Origin: Flaccisagitta enflata
Lineage: Eukaryota
Assembly: GCA_965153355.1 (NCBI GenBank)
Contig: OZ231126.1
Span: forward strand, 14,446,001 to 14,510,000
Length of the DNA: 64,000 nucleotides
Direction: 5' to 3'
Shown here one piece after another: positions 1 to 20,271 of the stretch. Position numbers and translations under genes: made by a program. The notes under the pieces were generated by a model, which saw only the letters and a program-made list of their open reading frames with translations, did not search any database and was not told the DNA's origin. Numbering within the stretch: position 1 is the stretch's first letter; each line of letters starts with the position of its first letter.

Positions 1-26
1 AATAACAATCAACGCCATGAACACTA

Positions 27-444
27 ACAGGGTCCAGAAATGTGAAAAAAGCGCGATCTAATTTCCTCCACTTGTCACGAGACTAATTTTAGGGTGGGGT
101 CAAATTTTGAAATAGACCAAATTTTAAACAAAAGAGCAAATTTCACCCGAATATGACTTATAAAGTTAAAGTAGACCATGTTCTAGTTGGAATATCAAAA
201 AAAGAAAGACACTTTCTTTCGATACTTTTTTACAAGGATTCAAAATCTGCAATCAGATTTTTAAATATCCCATTTTGAAATTTTTACCTCATATGGCCTT
301 TTGACCTGAGACATGCAGCGGTAGCGGCCCAAATCTTGACCAGAGAATTTTTTTGATGGTCTGAGCTGATTCCCCATCCTAAAATTGGTCTTGTGACAAG
401 TGGATGAAATTAGATCACACTTAATATACATTTCTGGACCCTAT
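27..444. mobile_element. TA-flanked MITE with ~70-bp imperfect terminal inverted repeats
   Basis: ACAGGGTCCAGAAATGT...GATCTAATTTCCTCCACTTGTCACGAGACTAATTTTAGG at the left end is mirrored by CCTAAAATTGGTCTTGTGACAAGTGGATGAAATTAGATC...ACATTTCTGGACCCTAT; TA at 25-26 and 445-446. Confidence 0.8.
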
Positions 445-513
445 TACCATAAACAGCGTCGCTCAATTTGACCTTCATCGATGTTTGCTAATTGTCCCTC
501 CCCAAATTCAATT

Positions 514-963
514 TCAACGGTAGTAGCTAATAACGGCGCTGCCACGGACCACGGTGCCACCACCCATATGAAATAGAAATTGATCCAACAATTTACCACC
601 AACGTCGAACCGCCAAGAATATCGGTCGGGCGTGGTGTAATCGACGAATTGGGCCGAGTAAATGCCGTCGTTGATCTTGTTATCCGGATATCGACCATCG
701 TCCCGCAGAGCCAGATAGAAGAATGGTTTGACGTCCGAGGGTCGTTCAATTTTCGCCGTCACGGTTAACCCGAGAAGCGGATATCCACCCTGCACCGCCT
801 CCAAATGAAACGAGACTGGAGTTGGGAAGTCCACTATATATTCTGGGTTCACGGATTTTGTGATTTCGATGGTTTGACTTGGGTCATATTTGCCATGGGC
901 GCAGGATTGGAGCGATAGGAGAAAAGCGCCCAGGATTTGAGTAGAAACCGTCAGGAAATACAT
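514..963 (-). CDS. Intronless ~149-aa secreted protein resembling the CLCA C-terminal beta domain / choice-of-anchor-X motif
   Basis: ATG at 963 gives the signal-peptide-like MYFLTVSTQILGAFLLSLQSCAHG; QGGYPLLGLTVTAKIERP and LRDDGRYPDNKINDGIYSAQF match the CLCA pattern (P-vlga-V-A-ie; LxDxGxxxDxxxxDGxYS). Confidence 0.65.
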   Translation of the reverse strand: MYFLTVSTQILGAFLLSLQSCAHGKYDPSQTIEITKSVNPEYIVDFPTPVSFHLEAVQGGYPLLGLTVTAKIERPSDVKPFFYLALRDDGRYPDNKINDGIYSAQFVDYTTPDRYSWRFDVGGKLLDQFLFHMGGGTVVRGSAVISYYR

Positions 964-1199
964 TTGGTTGGGAGATACGCCGATGAATGTAATATTGTAA
1001 TAAAAAGTAATTGCTCGTAAAGTACGCAAGAATATCGCTGATGACGAGGCGGCAAAAAGTGCTTTTTCTTTTGTTTTGTTTCAAATGACTTTTGAAAAAG
1101 CGTTCCTCCGACTATAAAAAGTAAGCGGAAAAGGCAACAAACCGAATGAGTCGCTCATTAATAGCAAATGGATGGGAAGGGCCGAGCGATGATATACAA

Positions 1200-1358
1200 A
1201 GGGTGCGTCAGCATTCACCATATCATTTGGATATTTTATTTGGATATCAATATCCGGATATTCTACATAGTGAATTTACAAGATTTACTACATGAAATAT
1301 CCGGATATTGATATTCAAATAAAATATCCGAATTAGCTGATTAATGCAGACACACCTA
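1200..1358. mobile_element. Small foldback MITE
   Basis: GGATATTTTATTTGGATATCAATATCCGGATATT is inverted as AATATCCGGATATTGATATTCAAATAAAATATCC; ends GGTGCGTCAGCATT / AATGCAGACACACC. Confidence 0.6.
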
Positions 1359-1460
1359 TAGACACTCTTTTCAGTTTAAAAGGTCCAGTGGATCTTCTCT
1401 TATCTAAAATGTATAATTCCACGATAGTTTGAAGCTACTTCATTTGAATAATGAAGCAGG

Positions 1461-1720
1461 AAACAAGGCCAAGTAAAGGCCAATAAGTGCGCCCCGCTTG
1501 ATTAAGAATTTGTGAATGAACGTTTTGCATGAACGAACGAACGAATGAATGAATGAATGAATGAATGAATGAATGAATGTATGAAAATGGTGGTGCATGA
1601 AGGTGATAAGAATGAAGAAATATGCCAGAATCAGCCGTTTTGCACATTTCAAACGTTTGCGTTACCGACCGACCAACCAACCGACCAACCAACGGACATG
1701 ACCTCTTATAGAAGTGCGAT
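1461..1720 (-). mobile_element. Helentron/DINE-like short element, family B (TTCA-rich core)
   Basis: The reverse complement ends ...GCGCACTTATTGGCCTTTACTTGGCCTTGTT and carries (GGTY)n and (TTCA)n tracts; related copies at 39105-39308 (+), 53181-53405 (-) and 58497-58801 (+). Confidence 0.6.
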
Positions 1721-1779
1721 TGCTCCCAACGTACTGTACACAGAGGCCAGAAAAACTGCCAGCAATATATATATAAGAG

Positions 1780-2380
<601 letters not shown>

Positions 2381-2540
2381 GTCCTTTTTTTTTTATCTAA
2401 ATTTGTTTTTGTTTGCCTTGGAGCTGCATGGATCGCTGTCACTGTAAAAAAAAAACAAAAGAACAAGTAAATAAAGATTTGTTTACGTCTTAAAAAATCC
2501 CCGGGAAATTTTTTAAATTTTTGTTTACTTTTTTAGCCTT

Positions 2541-2797
2541 TATAGTTGCGTGCTACGCTAGTCTACACCCCGCTATGTCGGTCCGTCGGTCAGTTGATCG
2601 GTCGGTCAGTCCCTGTTTTATTTTTAGGAGTTTTCGAACTTTTTGAGTTTACTGCTTTTGCCCAAATGCTCTGGTGACCTTCCTCAGCACTGTTCCTCCC
2701 TATCTGGACGCGCCTGGGGTAGCCGTGTATCCGGCTTTGTTATCACTGCTCCTCCCCACCCGCACGCGACTTCGGTAGCCGTGTATACGGCCTTGTT
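2541..2797 (+). mobile_element. Helentron/DINE-like short element, family A, with a duplicated 3' end
   Basis: 5' TAGTTGCGTGCTACGCTAGT hairpin remnant, (GTCG)n tract, 3' CCCGCACGCGACT..GCCGTGTATACGGCCTTGTT; the 3' module is present twice. Confidence 0.7.
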
Positions 2798-3226
2798 CCT
2801 TTACTGCCACTTACCCGCACGTCTAAGGGATAAGCGTAGGTTGTCCAAACGCAGGATTTCTGCTAAAATAAAACTCTTTTTAACATGTTGGTCGATTATA
2901 CAGTTTAAGAAACGGGAACGCGGGTGGGGGCAGGGTGTTTCACATGGAAAAAGTTGGGAAGTATCCTTCTAATGTCCGTGATTTAGAACAGAACAATGTG
3001 AAATCGGAATGATTGACAGACTGGGTCGTGAATGTCCAGAGACTGGTTTAAATAAAGGAACACCGAAGATAATAAGCGTATGCCCCGCTCTGGTTTTCTA
3101 ATAAGGTCTCAGGGAGTTTGGTAACTCTCCTGGTCACTAATGTACAGATCAGCAATGTACAGGTCAAGGCTCATTTCTCAGCAGATCGAACGTTCCTCAA
3201 CGCTGTTGTTAGTGTCATCGCAACTT

Positions 3227-3663
3227 TTAGAAGAAGTATGTGTTGGTGAAGCAAACGGGATTGACGATGTAGTGGTGAATGACGAGCCAGATAACAATGG
3301 AAAACATCGTCCAGACGAAGGTGTTGTCAATTTCTTCTGGAAGTCCGCCGCAGCACTAGATTTCCAAACGCAAATCATGATAGCTTAATGATAGTCTGGA
3401 GCTAAGATACACAAACGTATCATCAACGATGTGGTCTTAAAACATTTGACCCAAGTCCTTCCATGTAATGAGGCCGCATTTTGAACGTACAAAATTTCAT
3501 CTTTTAAAAATCCCACCTGCTGCTGTGGAGTGCCTTCGGCATTGTTGCTCTTGTTAGCCGATGCGTTGTTCCTGTGGTTGTTGTTGTTGTTGCTGCAGTT
3601 CCGATCGTTGATCGTTCCACCGTAAATGAGGCTCTTGTCTCCGTTGGTGGTGACGACCGTCAT
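3227..3663 (-). CDS. Putative 91-aa single-pass membrane microprotein (2 exons: 3663-3517, 3355-3227)
   Basis: CAAAATG start; donor CAG|GTGGGA and acceptor AATCTAG|TGC join in phase 0, giving MTVVTTNGDK...GTPQQQ-CCGGLPEEIDNTFVWTMFSIVIWLVIHHYIVNPVCFTNTYFF*. Confidence 0.5.
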
Positions 3664-4185
3664 TTTGGCGCTGTTTATGCGAAGAAAGAAGCTCAAGCTT
3701 AAAGAGCACTCAGAACACAATGCAGAACCAAGACTAACGTCAAACTTGCATGTTATGTCTGACGTTAAGCATGTATTTGTTTACTTACCCCTATTTCGCT
3801 GTGTCAGTGGCCTGAGATGATTAATGTCGAGTTACCTAGCCGTCGTCTTCACGGCAAAGAAAAAAAACCTACAAAAAAAGAAATCGGAACTGTCGAGTTT
3901 GTCATGAAGGGACTACTCGAGTATTGTACTCAAAGATTGTATCGCAATGTTTTTCCATGGTCGGAGTAATGAAATATGAATGATCAGTGATCAGTCACAT
4001 GGGAATGGATCGCCTTTGTATCAAAAACTAGAAAGGCAGAAATTCGACCTGAAGATGCGTCCTTTACCACTGCGTTGTGCTGGATGACTGCAAGTCGAAT
4101 TTCAAAAGAGACAAACTTGTTAACTTCGTTATCGATTTTCACGGTGACTCCATTCCACCCCCCCCTACTTCCTCTCATCCAGGCC

Positions 4186-7100
4186 ATGTTTCCTCGCATT
4201 CTCGGTCGAATCGTCCGTCCGCTGCGAGGTCGAGCGGAAGCCGCTTCTGTTTTCACCTCCACTTGCAACTCCAGCCACCCGTCTCGTCGTGATAGATCCC
4301 AACGTTTGCATCTGGACCGTCGGACATTTTCGACTCAACCTTCGTCTTCATTTTCCCCAACGGCGTCGTCGACGTCAACCACCGCCGCCACTTCCGGCAA
4401 CGAGGAATGCGATTCGCTGTTTGGTTTCAACGTCGCCGACGACGCCTCCACCCCTTCGCATCATGGAGAGAATGCGTCGACGAGAAAATCCGGAACTGGG
4501 ATGTCGTGGTGGAATTGCGCGCCGCGAGACGAGGAGGAAGCTATGCGATTGGAGCACGAACTTATCTCTTACTTTCAAACTAGCATCTTCAACGGCGATA
4601 TCGAGCACGCGGAAAAAGTGCTGCGGAGACAAGACAAAGAATTTGTCACCGCGGACATGTTTCACATTTTCTTGAGGACTTATATCAAACGTGGACTATG
4701 GAACGAGTTTGTCGAGTTATTGCGCCACATGGAATCGCAAAACGTATCGGTTGACATCACCGTTTATGCCTTAACTCTCGCTGCTTATGGACAATTGATG
4801 GAATCGAATTCTTCTGCCTCTGCGACACGAACTTTCCTCCACGATTCCGCGTCGTCGATGAGCTCTTCGTTAAACCTTTCTGCGATGGACGTCTTACATC
4901 GTCGCGCGTTGCTGGTCGAGGAGAAGCGTCTCATCAACGTCGCCGCTTCGATGCTTTGTCAGGACTCTCTCAACATCAATGGAGATCTGTCGTGTCAACT
5001 GGCTCGATCATTAGACTACGATTGCCCCATCGTCGATCATCTCAATGAGAAAAACGCCACGTACCCTAATCCCAATTACAGTGCGTTTGACTTGACAGAA
5101 ATGAAGTCTAAATTGGAAGAAATCTGGAGACTAGAAACACACGGACAAGTGTTTGCCGACCGAGTTGATAATTTACGCGAGGTTGACGGCGATGATTCTT
5201 CTTTAACCAATCAACGACTTCGATCGTCGACTCTTCTCAGTCTCCATCGCGAAATCTGGCGAAAATCGATCTCTGAGGCGTTAGATTGCCATTTGTCCGT
5301 TCTTAAAAAGAAACGTTTCGACGAAAACATCGTCTCTCTCCATCCTTATTTGAATTTGTTCACCGCGGAAGAGATGACCGATTTTCTCGTTAGTGAGATC
5401 GATCAAATAGTTTTGTGGACTCATCAGATGGCGTTTCCTAATCACGTCCTGGCCGCAAGAATCGGAAGAATCTTCGCCATTCGCGCCGCCGCCAAACAAC
5501 ACGCGCTTTTTGGCGACTTTGAGACATTTGAGAAAATTTATTCGCGGTATTTGGAGTTTCACGCCGCTGAGACGCGACAGGTTTGGATGACAGGATGATT
5601 TTGAAAGCCTGATCTAGCGTTTTCCAATGGTGGAAATAAGATGGGAGGGGAGCAATTATTGGGCTAAGGGATTTTGAAAGAAACGAAAAAAAAAAGAAAG
5701 TGCTAGAAATAACGACAGGTGATATCATGAAAGGACAGAGAAAAAGAGATAAAGGCCAAGTGAAGTGAAAAGAATGAAAGGGAAAAGGGGAAATAGCGAA
5801 ACGAAACAAATATAACAGAAGTGATCCAACTGTCCAACACCCTCTCTGGTCACTTTCCTTTCATCTTTCAGTTTCCAACGGAGCGTCATTTTTGGAACGC
5901 CATGCGGGAGGAGTTTCCTTTCCTCGCGGACATGGACGTTACGCTACGTTATTGGCCACAATCCGTACGTCTGGAATTCGGTCATTTGCTCTTTCACGTT
6001 GTCGTCGGGGAGGCGCTGTTCAATCCACGCCTGCTTGAAATAAACAAAAACATTGAAAAAGACGACGAAGACAACGAATTCAAGCCCGTCTTTATGATTC
6101 TCACAAAAAAGGTCAAAGCTCATCCGAAAGTGTTTCAATTGTACGACGCCGTGTCTATTCCGCAATCGCATCCTTCGACAGAGCTGCCGACGAGATTACC
6201 ACCGATGCCTTGGGTCGACGCGACCGTCAACGGTAGCGTACTCAGCGATACGGCCGTCATTCGATTCGACCGCGATGACAAGTACTCGCACGAGACGCTG
6301 TCGACGATTCGCACGAACCGATTGTTTCCCCCGCTGGATGCGCTCAATCATCTCGGCTCGAGTCCATGGACCGTTAATGAATTCGTTCTTGACGTTGCCT
6401 CGGAGGTAACCACTAACAACAAAATCACAAAATGAAGACTTCTTTTGGAGAAACCAACTTTGGAGAGCTAACACTGTCGCTCATCTCTCTCTATCTTATT
6501 TTTGATTTCTTTCTCTCTCTTATTTTCTCAGGTTTTCAATTCTGGTGGTTGTCCAGAGTTGAAAATTCCATTCACTCGCGACGTGGAAGAAAGCCGCACT
6601 TCTGGCCATTTGACTCAGTCGACTGTTACGGACAACAAGAACTGGTTTTCCGCGTTGAATAACTTATCAATCGCGCGACGAATGCGAAATCAAGTCTTTT
6701 GGCTTCCCCATCAAATGGATTACCGTGGCCGATGCACACCGACTCCGGCTTTTCTCACGCATCATGGACCCGACTTGACTCGTGGTTTGATCACGTTTGC
6801 CAATAAGAAGCCCGTCGGAGAAAAAGGTGAGGCTCGCTCGGCTGTTGGGGCTTAGGAGCTGGTCCATATGACGATTGACAATCTAAGGTTACATATCTCA
6901 CTTCTCAATACAATAACTGGTCCAGGAAATCCACTTGTCCGTTCATTTGATTGTTAATTCATTAGTTTTTCTTACCAGTTTATAAACAAATGCTCATTAA
7001 AATACGATTGTTTATCAGTTCATCGTTAAATCTCTTTACCAGTTGATCTAACTGCCAGTTATTATCTCACCGAATCAGCTGCATTTCATTTTATCATTGT

Positions 7101-9552
7101 ACCACTTCAGTTAATTGACTTATTTATTTGTGCATTTTGCCATTTTTGGGCAGCGGCCCCGAAGGGGACGAAGTCCTGTAGAACACAGGGGGACATTCGT
7201 TCGTTCGTTCGTCCGTTCGTGCGTCCCCCCCCTTATCAGGCCCCTCAGGCCTAAAATCTAGCCTCTCAGGCCTCAAATTCAGCCTCTCAGGCCTCTAATC
7301 CAGCCTCTCAGGCCTCTAATCCAGCCTCTCAGGCCTCAAATCCAGCCTCTCAGGCCTCAAATCCAGCCTCTCAGGCCTCAAATCCAGCCTCTCAGGCCTC
7401 AAATCCGGCCTCTCAGGCCTCAAATCCGACCTAGCAGGCCTCAAACCTGGCCTTTCAGACCTCAAACTAGGCCTCACAGGCCTCAAATCGAAATTCCCAT
7501 GCCTCAAACCTCTCCTCGCATGCCTCAAATAAGGCCTCAAATAAGTCCTCTCAAGCTTCCAATTGGCATTCTCATGCCTTCATAGACCTCAATTTAAGCT
7601 CTTGAAGGCCTTCAGTCAACCCTCTATGTAGCATCTCATCCGGGTAAGGCAGGACAAACGAAAGTCCCCCTGTGTTCTACAGGACTTTGTCCCCTTCGGG
7701 GCCGCTGCCCTGCTTCCCCTCACTTCAACTCACAATCACTCAAAGCAGGGCTAAGGGTATCGCTGACCATATATTGCCCTTGGGCGACCTGTTAGTTTTA
7801 GAAGTTTTTGAATCTCTCATTCATTCATTCATTCTGTTGTGATCGCTATTAAGGTCTCGATTGGTTGAAGATTCACGCCATCAACGTCGCGGGGTTGAAA
7901 AAGCAATCGTCCCTGTCCGGACGGATCGAATACGCCGACGAGATCATGGACGATATTCTCGACTCGGCTCATCGGCCGTTGGACGGCGCAGGATGGTGGA
8001 AACGAGGAGACAAACCGTGGGAGACTCTAGCCGCTTGCAAAGAGATCGCCGACGCGTTGGCGACGCCCAATTCTCAATCCTTCAAAAGCAGTCTACCAAT
8101 TCATCAAGACGGATCGTGCAACAGGTTAGAGTCCCCTCAACGCGCTGTCGTTGATGGTTTTCCATGGTCAGCTTTCCATTACATTTCACTATAAACTCCT
8201 AGTTTTCCGTAAAACTGAATCTGAAAATATTCCTTCTCAATCTAACCCAAAAGCAAACTGCTTATCTAAGGAAGTTAGCGCAATGATTGTTACCTTCATT
8301 ACCAAACGAGTTCTAAGTTCTGCTTCATATTGCGTTTTCATCATCCAGTTTACAACACTTTTCCGCCTTGGCACGGGACCAATTAGCCGGGGAATTAGTC
8401 AATCTTTGCCCGTCTGAGAGACCCAAAGATCCATATTGGGACATCGTTCGACTTCTCGAGAAAAAGAGGAAAAACGACGCCGCCCGCGGACGTCGCGAAG
8501 CTCTTATTCTCGAGGGATTCTTAGACCGGAAGATCGTGAAACGGATCGTGATGAGGGTCGGGTACGGCGCCAGTCGCAGCAGCGCCATTGGCTACGTCGA
8601 ACAATGGCTACAAGACATCGACGGCTTCCCCCGAAAACACGTTAGAAAATGTTCTCGGTATTTGGGCGTTGGGATTCTAGAATGCAACGATCATCTATTT
8701 CAGTCTACGGCGAAATTAAAGAGGTGAGGCAATCTCGAGGACAGAATCATCCAATGTAAGGTGGGTGAACTTGAGATTGATACAGGTGTCTTACCCTCAG
8801 CGTGGCCTGGCTTACCGGCTTACATTTATTTACTGGCTTTCCCAATCACGATCTATACCAGGTGGCTAACACAAATAGCAGACATCGTAACGGCCGAAAA
8901 TGGTTCCATTGTATTTTGGGAGTCGCCCTTGGGTAAGTTGATAAGCTGAGCTTGATAAATTTTTGATGTCAACTGATTAGTTTTAGATGCAAACCTACCC
9001 TGGACTGTTTAGTGTTTAGGAGATGTTTTGTTGACGTGGAAAGAAAAGCACATTGGCCTTCAGACACTGCACTAATGATGAAAACATGAAAGCTATGGGT
9101 GATACGCTCAGCAATCGGTGATGGTTCACGAGGCTCACCTCTGTATCATGCAATTATGATTATCTGTAACTAGAAATATTGTTCCGCTTGTCATTTGGAT
9201 TTCAATTTCAGGCCTTCCCGTTCATCAACCTCCGGTACCTCACATCTTCGTTCCCAACTTTATTCATTCGTTGGACGCTAGTCACATGATGCTCACCGCT
9301 CTCCACGCTCACCGCAGCGGCGTCACATTTTGCGCCGTGCACGACTGTTTCTGGACTCACGCCGGCACCGTCGAACAGATGAATGACATCTGCCGTCGTC
9401 AATTTCTCAGACTTCATAGTAGTGGTTTGTTGGAAAATCTCAGCGAGCAATGCTCGAAATTGGCCGTGATCGAGGATCGAGTTCCTCCCATTCCACCGCG
9501 TGGGACACTCGATATTGAAAGAATCACCGAAAGTTTATACTTTTTCCAGTGA
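4186..9552 (+). CDS. POLRMT: Mitochondrial single-subunit (T7-like) RNA polymerase, divergent; ~1093 aa; exons 4186-5580, 5872-6405, 6532-6826, 7854-8124, 8349-8723, 8862-8932, 9212-9552
   Basis: Arg-rich presequence, PPR-like repeats, FWLPHQMDYRGR, GLDWLKIH, KPWETLAAC, HQDGSCN (motif A), RKIVKRIVMRVGYG (motif B), PNFIHSLDASHMML, AVHDCFWTHA (motif C) and C-terminal SLYFFQ; all introns are GT-AG and the frame is preserved (3282 nt). Confidence 0.95.
7143..7793 (+). mobile_element. Helentron/DINE-like element, family C, with ~47-bp internal inverted repeat and 21-bp minisatellite
   Basis: GGGCAGCGGCCCCGAAGGGGACGAAGTCCTGTAGAACACAGGGGGAC is inverted at ~7663-7710; (CCTCTCAGGCCTCAAATCCAG)n core; 3' TTGCCCTTGGGCGACCTGTT; copies at 38480-38983 (-) and 52277-52582 (+). 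Confidence 0.75.
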
Positions 9553-9875
9553 TCGTGTTGGTTGCTTTTATTTGATGAAATCCAACGTCTTCATTGAAGC
9601 AGCATAAACTCAAGAATAAGACTCATGGGTGTTCTTCTACACTTTGTGTACTTTATTCAAGTAAATTGACTCGAAACTGTGATTGTCATTGAACCCTTGT
9701 TAACAATAGCAAACTGTTGGGCCAACAGTGTTGGCTGTCTTATTTATTCTATCTTTGTTGGTCATGCGATGGTTTTCTATCCCTCGCCATTTGTTTTATC
9801 CTTTAGAGCCAGTGATGGTTTTAACGAAGCGAGCAACAATCACCATACAAATCAGTCAAATTTAATTTGACAATC

Positions 9876-19658
<9,783 letters not shown>

Positions 19659-20271
19659 CGTAGGATATCCTCATTTTTTTCACTTCTCGCGATTGATTTT
19701 ATTTACGGTGTTTTGAGCGCTCTGATGATGGTTTCGATGTGCAACATATATACTTATGTATCTTGCCACAAAAGCATGAACAGATTGTGAGGTACAAAAT
19801 CTCCCCATTTTTCCTCGCCGCCTTCATATTTAACCATGGTTTTCTGACTAATCCACCTTCGAGATTTAGAATGATGAATTTGAATCTTGGGTCTTAACAC
19901 TTGGATGACGTTTGGTTTGGTTTTTGTATGTATTATTGCCCTTTTTTAAAATCCATGTGCCATTCGCGCGCGGATTTACAATTCGCCGCTTTACTTGAAA
20001 AATGGGTCATAGTTAGAATGTCTTAAAAATGTACTGCCGGTCGGTTAGTTGGCCGTTGGCCGATTTGGTCCTTGTTTCTTTCGAAACTTAGTATTCTTTC
20101 GCTTGGTCGTGTCTAGTTCTTTTCCATACTTTTCCATGCTTTGAAATTACTCTTGCTTTTAGAAACGAAAGAGTTAAACTGTTCTGTTGTTCATAAATTG
20201 TTTCAATGATAATTGCCAACGCGACGTCTTGGGGAAGAAGTTTTTGATTTAATAAACTAAGATCCTTAGAT

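Noticed and set aside
27-444. MITE bounded by GT and AG on the minus strand, suggesting an Introner-like element
   Set aside because: Splicing at those sites would delete 4 nt relative to the pre-insertion sequence, and no host ORF can be established at the window edge.
9075-9170. Box C/D snoRNA in POLRMT intron 6 (ATGATGA)
   Set aside because: There is no suitably placed CTGA D box or terminal stem.
8933-9211. Missing specificity-loop exon hidden in POLRMT intron 6
   Set aside because: The gap falls downstream of LPVHQP, inside exon 7, so an exon in this intron could not supply it.
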